The notes under the pieces are model-generated. The model ran no database searches. It worked only from the letters and a program-made list of their open reading frames with translations, and had not been told where the DNA came from. Made by a program: the position numbers and the translations under genes. Positions 50,336-64,000 of a stretch of DNA of 64,000 bases are shown in pieces. The number at the start of each line of letters is the position of its first letter. Position 1 is the first letter of the stretch. The stretch is from Ptychomitrium polyphyllum (taxonomy: Eukaryota), in the NCBI GenBank assembly GCA_973851085.1, contig OZ316775.1, forward strand, positions 22,444,001 through 22,508,000. Reading direction: 5' to 3'.

Positions 50336-53300
50336 ATGGCACTAAGGATGGCGGAGTCGCGGACACCGTTGTGGATAGTGCTCGTGCTCGTTGCGGTGCT
50401 GGGTGGGGTGAGAGCTACAAACTTCTGTACGCACGTGGTGGAGCCTAGCGGTTATGGCTGCACAGAGTATACAGTGCAGACAGCTGACGGGTTCGTGCTC
50501 GTCTTGCATCGCTTGGAGAGAATCAACTCCATGTTCAGAACTGGTCGCAGTAGCGTATCCAACTCCAGCGCGTCGAATCTTCCTTCGCAAATGCAGGCGC
50601 CGGCTGGTAATGGAAACAGGCGCACAGCTGATCATGTGCATTTGCCAAATGCTGACGTCTCATCAAATGGTCTAAGTCAGGACGGAAGGATTCCAGGTCA
50701 GGCAACAGGGACGCCTCCAACGTCTGAGCGATCTTCAGTATCTTCGAACAGTCGTACGCCTGAGGATTCCTTATCCAAGCAGGCAGCAGGCCAGGCAGGT
50801 CCGGCACCAAGTACATCCACACAAAATGCTTCGAGCTCCTCCTCCACACCGAACACACAAAGCTCACCATCGAACCATACCGCAAATTCAAAGGTGAGGA
50901 CACACTCGGAAGAATCTCGTCCTATGTTGTAACATTTGAGCACTCTTTTGCTCCTCTGATATAATCACAATACTAGGTCTCATTGCCAAGTCTTAAGTGC
51001 CTGTTATTGATAAAGAAATCTGTGTTATCAGAGTTTGTGAAGCATTATGACAAGCCACATGTGTACGTTGGGTGTCTTAGTCGGGGCCTCAGTACTACAA
51101 TGTCTCAATCTTAACCTAGGGTTGCGGTGTTACTTATTGCAGGCTGGGAAGGGCTCCCCGGTGTTACTCATGCACATGGAGTTTCTGAACGGCGAAATGT
51201 GGTTCCAGTACGTTGATGCCGATCGACATGTGACCAGTCTGCTGCCGATGATGCTCTTGGAAGATGGGTTTGACGTTTGGATCGGTCATCAACGTGCAAC
51301 GTACTGGGGGCATGGGCATGTGCAGCATAAACCCACAGATCGGGTAAAGTATGCATGACTCTGACTTTAAGTATTGCGCACCAGCTGATTATAGCCATTG
51401 AGACGTGCAGCGTATATGAAAATGGGATTGGTCAATATATAGCTGTTCTTGTTTTTTATTCTGGCGTGTCAAAGTGTTATTTATCGTGTAGTCTTCTAGG
51501 TGTATTTGATTTTGTAACTTGGTTCCTATCAATTTTTTATTCAAAGGGATCTCCATGTCAAATCACTCATGTCGAAGTAATTAATCGAAGGATCGCAAGT
51601 GTTCCAGTTACTTGCTTTTGCATCGGGATCTTGGTGATTGCAAACGAGAATTTACAGCTAGGGATCAGCTACATTCGATATCTGGATTTTGAAATATTGA
51701 GGCACTGACGACTTTGCAAATTGCTGCTACAATTCAGGAGTACTGGAACTGGACCTGGGACGAACATACCAAGCATGATCTCCCCGCCCAGCTGCGTTTC
51801 GTATTGACAGAGACCAACCAGAAGGTTCACTACATTGGATTTTCAGAGGCAAGCATCCAGACAGAGTTCAGACAGTTCAAAAAGGATTCAATATGTGGCG
51901 GTGATTTTCAAGCTCTTAACGTCGCTCTCAGCTAGCGTAAAAAAGGTGAACATGTAAGTTTATCTGCATGTCCGCATACGCTTATTATCCTCCTCTTTTG
52001 CTGGTTTGTATGCAGGCTGCAGCAGTTGCCGTTGCTGGAGCTACAGATTCCGAGACGGTCAAGTTGTTTCGAAGTCTGACACTGATCGGCCCAACCGTGT
52101 TCCGTGGCCATACCAACTCATTGATGCTGAATGCGTGGGCATATGTTTTTGGAGCGTTTCTCGACTCGGTAAGGACCTTTGATGTCCTTCTATTCAACAG
52201 ACTGCGTAACACGTGTTGGGACTTGCGCGACTGATTCTGAAAGATTACAGTTATCGAAGGGATTAGTCTGAAATAAGAAATTAACTGTTGTACGTTGCTC
52301 TCTGACAACCTGATTGCTTGTTTGCTCTTATGATCAATCAGCGCTATTATGCTACTGGATTTCAACATGGCGCGTTCAATTATTCCTCGTGAGTGTCTCA
52401 ATTCCATGAAAGCTCTGTCGTTTCAAATGTCATTGACGGGTGAGCAGCTGACAACTTTCATTAAAGTCGAATTGGTCATGTATCTTCGCTCATGTTTCAC
52501 CCTGGATACGAACCTAAGCATTTAATTCTAATCCATTTTTCAGAGTACTTTCCTATCATCCATACCAGCCAGTTACTTTATTGATGTGTTTAACGAACCT
52601 CTCTTCTCTGCAGTTCCGAATCCCCACATTGACTATTAAAACCGTCTCAAAATTTTGATGCAGAGAGTTTCCACAGACTGGGCCAATTTCTGGAACAGGA
52701 ATAGCCGGTATGGCAATTGGTCTAATATCAGGTGCAAATCTACACGAACTCCTTACTGAAATTTTGATATCCTCTGCATTTTGGTCTCGAGTGCACACCA
52801 TAACTAATTTGTGGATGCCATTTGAACCTCAGGCCCGAACTGCTGCCTTGGTTCGGCGACATTGAATTTAAATTCTAATGGTTGGGATGGGACTACCTCC
52901 TTCAAAAATCTCCTCCATTGGCAGCAAGGTATGATCTGACAAAGTGAACATACAGGTTTTCTAGTTCTAAGTAGTTAATTTCTGACAAATCACCTTCCCA
53001 TGCTTACCTGTTTTTTGGGATCCTAATAACTGGAATCTAGGATCAGAAACTCCGGAGTATCTGCAGGCATGTGGCAGGTCTTACTGAACAAGCTTCATGC
53101 CCGTGCCAATCGACTGGAATAGGTTGCTTTCTTTTAGCATTCCACCGAGTGAATCTGTAATTTTTTTAACAGTTGCTACTAAATCAGATTAGCTTTTTTG
53201 TCGCAGGGATCCGAACGAACACCTTTGCACACTATGACTATGGCAGCGCCGCGAACAACACTCAGACTTATGGGCAACCGGTTCCTCCTTCTTACAATAT

Positions 53301-53523
53301 TGGGAAAATTCCAAGCCAACTGCCAGTGCTTATTGTAGGAGGAGGTAATGATTGGAGTGCCCCTCCGGAGGGCATCAGAAGTCTCGTCTCCCAGATGCAG
53401 CAACCGCCAACAATTGTGAATCTAACCAACTACGCTCATTTCGACTTGTTTTTCAGTGTCAAACGGGAGACTGATATTTATCTGCCTATTCTCCAATTTC
53501 TGGAAGGATCCAAGTTTGAGTAG
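50336..53523 (+). CDS. Secreted alpha/beta-hydrolase of the acid (gastric/lysosomal-type, plant LIP1/MPL1-like) lipase family, 8 exons
   Basis: Signal peptide; GYGCTEYTVQTADGFVLVLHRL, GFDVWIGHQR, EYWNWTWDEH..HDLPAQL, VHYIGFSE, GPNCC, TSFKNLLHWQQ, YDYG..N...YGQ..PP.Y, GGNDW, YAHFD. Confidence 0.92.
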
Positions 53524-54855
53524 AGATCCGTTCAAGAGGAGCAAATCACAGTACCTGCAAGAGTGAATCTGTCTTGGACTACGTTAGACAAGTCAGTGTT
53601 TGTAGCAACATAGGTAGTATGAATCAACTCAGAAGTTCAATACGACTCCCTAAATAGCTAGTACACTTCTTGGTGTCTTTAGCAACGAATTATTATGCAA
53701 ATTCTCGACATCAAGACCATGGTCTTGGCTCCTCCTTTGTTTGCTAGGAAATTAGAATGTCCTGAAACTCTTTTGTTCAACCACTTAGTTGCGAACGCTA
53801 CCGCTGCGGCAGAAACAGGTTTTTGTAGCCTGAAGTCGTCGCAAGGATGTTTTAATTCAGTGTGAGATGTTTATTGTTGTTGCATCCATTTCTATTGGGT
53901 TTGTACAGCACTGGTTGTGGTTCTTCTGATAAGAGGGTGTCAGACTGGCTTCTATATTCCACCGTGAGACCATATCACGTATGCACAACTCCAATCCTAG
54001 CATTGACAGCCTCTATTATGATTGGAAGGAATAGCACCGTAGGCAGCGTCCCCCCAGTGTGTTGCAGTCGAATAGAAGTTGAATCTGTGTTTCACAAACC
54101 GGCAGCCAAAGATGTAAATGTAAACGTAAAAAGCAAGTCTGGAATCTGTCCCTGCACTCTAAATGCCTTAAAACCACAGGGCCGTAATTGTTCTTTCTTT
54201 GTAAAAACTGTCATGAATACCGGTTATGAACGAGTTATTCGATGCTGATAGATTCAATGTCGAGACGTAGAAATTAATTGTTCTCTCCTAAGGACACCGT
54301 AGTACCAAGTTAGGACAATATCAGCAGTGGGAAATTTTGCATCACAACGAGTCTACGGCGCACCATTTATTATTTTCTAACTCATATAGTGAGATGAAGG
54401 CTTGCTCTATCTAGCTGTTACACAAAATGTACGTCACCCACGGCATTCTTGTAAGGGGTCACACTTTCGGTTTTCTCTTAGTCCTCTGATTATTCAATGC
54501 TGTTTGAGTTTGGTAGTAAGGTACCTGAAACTAATGCAGTTCCTCGAAAAATATGGGAGTCACCTTCAATCAAGTTCTATCGAGTATAATTACAATGCGA
54601 CAGTTTATAATCATAGTCCTAGAGCAAGTAACTGTTTCCACCGACCACAAACGGGGTACCGCTGCGTAACCTTCTCCAGGGCCGGTCACGGCAGAGTCCT
54701 TCAGAAGCAAAGTCACTCCCTTCCGAATGACGTGGATAACGTCGCCGACCTGACGCTCATTACACCTCGGTGGCAAAATCGAGTCATAACTTGCTGTTGC
54801 TACAATAATCTTACGAACAGTAAACCTTGCCGGATTTGAGAACGGTGACGGTTTC

Positions 54856-57594
<2,739 letters not shown>

Positions 57595-59629
57595 TCTAGC
57601 TCTTTCTCTCTGTAACATGATTTGATTGTGATTCCAGGCAGGTGATCTGTATAGATTTGTTGATTAAGATTTTGGTTTACCATCTAGCAAGATGCAGTTT
57701 ACAGGTCCTGCGTTCAACCAGTCAATCATCCTTTTCTTCCTTCACTGGGTAGGAAATGTTGCAAGATACAGGAAGACTGCGCAACATTGTTCGCAACATG
57801 GCCATGAGAATACCCTCTTTCATAAATGCACTTTATTGTATGAGTTTCATCAAATAGAGGTATTTGCAAACTCACTCTTTCTGCTTTAAAGAGTGAGTGA
57901 GTGATTCAAGATTCTTGCATTGGAATACATTGTGCTTTAACCAAATGGATGAAACATTCTCTTGTTGAACTATGTGTTTCAATTATAAATAAAGATAAGG
58001 TGAATAAGAACATTGACATTATAAACGACCATAATTGGCAAAGTGCAATCAGATATATTCTCATTCTACAAGGTACTTTTTTTTTGATTAATTCAATAAG
58101 GATAGTGTGTCTTTAATAATTATGTGGTTTTAATTTCTACTTAGATTTTTATATTTAATATGGAAAAATAGTCCAATTATCTTACTTTGGTTTTTAAAAT
58201 CCAAAAATATGATTTTAATCCATTCTTTCAATAGAATGGTCATTGCACTAAGGTCATTATTAGGTTTTTTTTCAAAAACTTCTTGTTATTAATATTTTAA
58301 AAACTCATTTATCATACATATTAGAAACATTGACAATGATGAATTTCTTAAATGAAATGTTGACATAAGATCATTAATCGCCTTCCATTGATTATATGTA
58401 GGACTCATTGTTTATAATCTTTTTAATATCCAATCTACTTCATAAAAGAAAACAAAGGAAAGAATTCAGGTCTTTAAAGAAAACCATTGTATCTAGCATG
58501 ACATTTTATTCAGCAATTTGATGAGGACTAGACTAACGATAATTATACCGCTTTTACCTCTACATGAACAACATATGAACTAATCAAGAATTTCATTTCA
58601 TAAAAAGATAACACTAAAGTGTTATATTCATGATAGTACCTTCTAAGCCGATGTGCTGTAATTCTTTATGGCTCTTTAAAGTAAGGGAACAACTTGAAGA
58701 AACAAACCTTAAATCTAGAAAAACATTTTTAAAAGCAAAGACAGCAAATATAAAATCATATCACATAAAATACTCAAATTAAGCCTTCGTGTAGAGAAGC
58801 CTGGATCAAATGAAAATTCTCGAGGAACTTCCTTGATGCAATAGCAGAGATGAGCCTAACCAGTTCATGGGCAGCTGGGAACACTGGGAATGGTTGGTGG
58901 CCAATGGACCTTGAATGATGGTGCACTTGAATGGCGGTGAGAGACTCCGCATGCACCACCGAAGCCACGTGGCTGCGTCTCTGAAAAGGAAGCTTTTGGT
59001 GTGTCACTTCTCCTGTGGAACAACACATACTGCAGGCAGTAATCACCACCAGGCTTATCCGCTCAAATGCTTCTGCATTGTCAGGTATACCTTCACTTTC
59101 AACTTACCGTGATAGAGTAACTTGCTTTGATGTTACACATTAAGATAATTGCAAGTATTATAAACACATGGTCCTTTATGATGGAATGTTTTATAGTGAA
59201 CCTCATTATTAGTAATGTGGCATAATTGTAATTCCTTGTAAAGTTCTTAAGTGTAATTGTGTTTCCTTAAACACTTCCATCCATTCTTTGGGCCTAAAAT
59301 TCACAAAATACATTTACTAAGTGAAACTTAAATTTTACTCTAAAACTTCAAGAATCTTAAACCATGTAAGAAATTTTGTCCAAAAGTTGAAATTCTTATG
59401 ACTTACAAGTTTCTGGGTTAAATAACGAGGGAGGAGCTTCACTTTCTATCACTTTTCTAGAAACATCAAAATCAAACAAGGGAAGAAGGACAACCTCCTA
59501 AAGGGTCGTCACAAATGCATCGGCTCCCAGGAAACAAGATGACGAAGTATCCTTCATGAGCAAACCATTCTTCTACCAGCGTGAGGCTCCACTATAGGTT
59601 ACAGTGTAGCCTGTCCAAGGTCCGAAAGC

Positions 59630-59830
59630 GCACATCTTCATGCACAAATGCCCAACGCTGATATCGTATGCCAATACGTATGTATGTACATTCCATCCCT
59701 ATGAACATGCATGACGTACGCGCCACGCGGACGCGCGTAACCGCCTTATCCAAACCAAGCGAAGCCAATCAAGCAATGCAACGCCACTTGTACGGTGTAG
59801 AAACCCGGCGCCACTTGTACAAATACACCA
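59630..59830 (+). promoter_or_regulatory. LEA-gene promoter with RY, ABRE/CE3-like, I-box and CCAAT motifs
   Basis: CATGCATG at 59706-59713, GCCACGCG near 59722, CCTTATCC near 59744, CCAAT at 59765, repeated CGCCACTTGTAC at 59782 and 59809. Perfect AGCCACGTGGCT further upstream at 58963-58974. Confidence 0.55.
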
Positions 59831-59963
59831 CCTCTCCCGATTACTGCCACTGTCAAGCGCTCCCTCATCTTCATTGTGGCCGACTTATCTCGACTTCGAT
59901 TCCTGCAAGCAAACCCTGTCTCCTTCTTCACCTACAGTTCTCACAACACTTCATCAGCTTACA

Positions 59964-60897
59964 ATGGCTGCGACCATGGCCACTCTTGCTGCCTCCAGCG
60001 CCGTCGCTGCTGTTGCTTCTGCACCCGCCGTTAAGTCGACCTCGTCATTCCGAGGTCAACGCTTGGTTGCTGGCCGTGGGGTGAGCGTGGCTGTCAGGAG
60101 GTCGGTGGTTGTGCGCGCCGAAGACGTGAGTGGCATTTCACCTGTTCTTGAGCGTCTGGGTTGATTGGAGATGCATGCCCGTAACCAGCACTCTACGCTA
60201 ATGCGCTATCATTTTGGTTTCCAGTTTTCAGATTATCGAATGTAGGCCCAAGGTAGATATTGCCGGTTGTAGGTATAGTGACGGTTATGGACATGTACGC
60301 TGTGGTGATGGCGTTTGGTATGCGAGCTGGTGTATTTGCTGGTTGATATGTAGTGATGAAAGTTGTGGTTTTTTTGTTCGCAGAAGGGTGTTGGAAAGCA
60401 GATTCAGGATGCTGGTGAGGACTTCTCCGCTGCAGTGCAGAGGGGAGCTGAGAGTGTGAAGGATAACCTCCAGGGTACCCAGGCTGATGCCACCAGCAAG
60501 GCAAAGAGCGCTGGTAGCACCGCTCAGAGCAAGGCGAAGCAGGGTGCTAGCGAGGCTGATGGTTTCGGATCTAACATCGCCAACAAGGCTGAGGATCTTA
60601 AGGTACATCCACATCTCTTAAACTCCGTCCTTCGTTTCGAAGCTTTCTGGTGTTTTTCCTTGAGCAAATAATATACATTCCTAAAACGATTCACTTGTCT
60701 CTCGCCTACAGGACCAGATCTTTGGAGCTGGCAAGGATGTTCAGGGTGAAGCTGACAAGAACGCGAGCAAGGCTCAAAGTGCAGCGAGCTCCGCGGGCAA
60801 GGATGTGCAGAAAAATGCTGACAATGTTGTGGGTAATGTGCAGCAGGGGTTAAACGATGCTGCGAACAACATCAAGGATACCTTCAATAAGAATTAA
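59964..60897 (+). CDS. Plastid-targeted LEA-like (group 3-type) hydrophilic protein, 188 aa, 3 exons (59964-60125, 60384-60602, 60712-60897)
   Basis: Transit peptide MAATMATLAASSAVAAV...SSFRGQRL...RRSVVVRA, then A/K/D/Q/G/S-rich repeats (ATSKAKSAGSTAQSKAKQGASEA; NASKAQSAASSAGKDVQKNA). All junctions are phase-0 GT-AG. Confidence 0.85.
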
Positions 60898-63800
60898 GTG
60901 AAAATCGTGTTTTAACATGCATTTGCCGAAAAAGTTACAAGAGGAATGTACATGGGCTGTAAATGAAGTTAAGTCGGATATCGTGGAAACTACTGGAGTT
61001 TGCAGTTTGCAACTTAGAGTAGCAAAAGGAGGACATTTATGCTTGTACATTATGTCAAATTTTGTGAAAGATTCTGACACAGTTTTGAGTTTCTAATTTG
61101 GACTACGTTAATTTGTTACAAGATGCTTGTTTTATACTTCTTTTATGTTGGGCAATTATTTTGGTCGAAAGAAGGTTGATAGAAGCATTTTCTTTCATAT
61201 TGAGATGATTATATGTCTAGACTCTAGTGAGGCTACTTGTGTTGATGATTGTAAGCATACAGCTTAATTTTTCACATCTTATGCACCTATTTGCGAATGT
61301 AAATCTGTGTCATTCTTACTTACGGTGACAAATGTGTAACTAATCAGAAAAAATTTACTTCCAAAAATACTGATATTTGTCGATTAATGCAACTAAATTA
61401 TTCAAGCTTTCGATTTCTATAGTTCCAATCATGGCAATGTGATCATATCTTCAGTCGTTTAAGTAAAATTTACTCTGCATGTAAATGACATCTCAAATTG
61501 CAATTAATTTATATATGCAGCATTTCCATTAACAAATTCCCTCGAAATACTATCATGAACATTATGTTGTTTTTTGTTGAATATTATATACTATTCTATG
61601 CTATTTATAATTCAAATTTTTACAAATTTATATAAATAAATCTTCAAATGAATACAATCATTTTCACATACTCCATACATATTGCTTTAAATGCATAGAC
61701 AAAATTTAGTAATCATTTTTGCCATGTTTTAAAAATAGTTTAATCTTTCACATATTTGTTCATCTCTAAAATATAAACATAATTAATTTCATATTTCATT
61801 ATAGCATGCTTGCAATCCTTTCCAACCTAATACTTGGATTAGTAATTTATTAGAATATGACCTCATTAATATAAATACTTAATAGTACAACAACTTGAAC
61901 TATACAATACATTTTTGCATGATAAATTTTTCCTAATTCAAAACTTCTCTTATTATTCAATTACGGCACACTATAATTTGACAATCAAAACCTTCCATTT
62001 GTCATATAATGAAAATAATTGATACTTAATGTGGAAATATTTCATCTAAAATGATGAATATTTGAAAGAAAATATGGTACTTCATTCCATTATAATTGAA
62101 AACCTTATGGCAGCTTCTATATGCTTCAAAGGAGAAATAAAAATAAAAATTCTTTCAAATGAATTTGCATATTTGATTGAAAAACTTCATTTTGAAAATG
62201 ATCAAATGTTAGTAGAAGAGTACATCTTTATGGAAGGAAAAGATGTTGTATAACAAAACCTATGTACAAATGAATTGGTACAAATGGCTTTAATGTTGAT
62301 TTATATAAGGAACTTGAATTTAATGTTGATTTGAATGATTTAGGTCATACGGATGAACAACCTCCTTCAATTTCTAAATTTGAAAATGCAAAGCTCATTA
62401 TATTGTCTCATACTATTGTGGAAAATTCTATTCATTTAGTATGTAAAATTTCGTTAGTACTCAAAGAATAATTGGAAAGTTCAACAAGCTTAATATTGCA
62501 AATCTTGGTAGACAACAATAAACAACTTTACACTTTTTTTCCAATTTTTTTAATTGTAAATATTCATATGTATATTTATTAAAAATATTTCCAATGTTTT
62601 ATAATCATTGTAATATAATTCCATATTTATTTTGGTCAATATTTGAAAATCTCAATGATACAATACCAAATGCTCTAAATATCATATATTTAAGAATGAT
62701 ACATATTGATTATACAATAGTTTCATTGTTTTCCAAACTTATTTTAATCATAGAAGAATAATAATATATGAAATCGATGTAAATGCTTTTTATTAATTTG
62801 AAAAATGAATTCAAATTAAAGATTCATCATTGTAATAATAATGACACAATAATATTAGCTATTTCAAATTGATGCGTTTTTGCATTACCATTCAAAAAGA
62901 TTTGTTAAACATTAGTAGTTCTTAGAATAAAGTATTAACTAAAATGACTTCCAACTTTGGCTATAATACAATATTAATGAGTGTTATTTGCAACTAAATG
63001 TTAGATCATCAAGAATGAATCATGAATAAAATTTCTATTGTTACACATATTTTTTTATGAAGGATATTTATTGCACTATTGGAGAGGCATATATGTTAGG
63101 CATGCGTTTTTTGGAATTACAAAATCATAGAATTTTTTTATAATTCAAGAATTGATCTGTAGCCTATTTTATGAATATTCTTCAAAGTATTTTTAAGTTA
63201 TTTAAAGTATACATTATATTGGTTATAAATATATATTGAATACTTAGTAATGGTTTATTAAACTTGCAAGGTAAATTTGGTCAAAGCAAGAGTTTTTCAA
63301 TATTGTATTTGACTTTTATGGATCTACAACTTTCCATCAATATCTTATGTACATTTATATTTGCACATCCAAGGTATAGGCATGCATGAAGGTTTTACAT
63401 GTGTGGTATCATGTATATAAGGCACCTCCATGCACTTCTTAAGTTATATTCTATGACTATTCATTCCAAAATTTAAAATTTACATCAAGAACCTAACATT
63501 CCATACTTTCAATTTTCAATATTTTCCATATATAATTTTACACAAAACAAAACAATCAAAAACACAATCTTGTGCCCCATCACAAGAGGATTATGAAGAT
63601 TCTATATTTATCTTTTACTTTGAAGTGATTGTTATAACATTGGCATTTAAAGATGTGCAGTCTCAAGTTTTAAACTAGTATGAAATTGCAATGTAATGAT
63701 ACCAAATCCAACTTCTACTGCATAGAAATGAACAAGGTAACTTTCCTACTTCCAAGGGAAGGATCCCATATTACTGATCTAGAGCTCTGAGCAACTCACA

Positions 63801-64000
63801 GCTGATTAATTTTAACATAAACCCGACCATAGGTCATTTTGTTGTGTTAAAAAAGGAGAGGTGGATTTACTCTTGGTTTTGGCTTTTGTTCCTTAAGTGC
63901 AATCATTTGGGCCATAGATGAGAAAGAGTTTGGTCCTAACCCTACTAGATGAATTTGAAGTGAATAGATTCACTCCTCCATCTGCATCTGGCCACCTCTC

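Noticed and set aside
58774..59112. GC-richer patch with short ORFs on both strands
   Set aside because: No recognisable domain and stops in the more protein-like frame.

Overview
Eukaryotic nuclear DNA from a land plant, probably a moss or other bryophyte (inferred from intron style, gene content and GC-rich genes separated by very AT-rich blocks). Nine apparently intact spliced genes: cytosolic HSP90 (+), a malectin-like LRR receptor-like kinase with a degenerate catalytic site (+), a TyrP/Mtr-type aromatic amino acid permease (+), a BES1/BZR1 transcription factor (-), mitochondrial ribosomal protein mS33 (-), UFD2-type U-box E4 ligase (-), a secreted acid-lipase-family protein with unusual motifs (+), RsmH/MraW 16S rRNA methyltransferase (+) and a plastid-targeted LEA-like protein (+). 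Decayed material includes a Ty1/copia RT-RNaseH remnant abutting an L-type lectin RLK pseudogene, a multi-exon class I SAM-methyltransferase pseudogene largely missed by the ORF track, a local duplicate of the mS33 promoter and first exon, a possible Helitron end and several simple repeats. No tRNA, rRNA or CRISPR was recognised. I found no clearly new multi-gene system. The best leads are the pseudokinase RLK, the divergent lipase, the methyltransferase pseudogene, the duplicated 5' module and a candidate cassette exon in UFD2. Exon boundaries were read by eye and are provisional.
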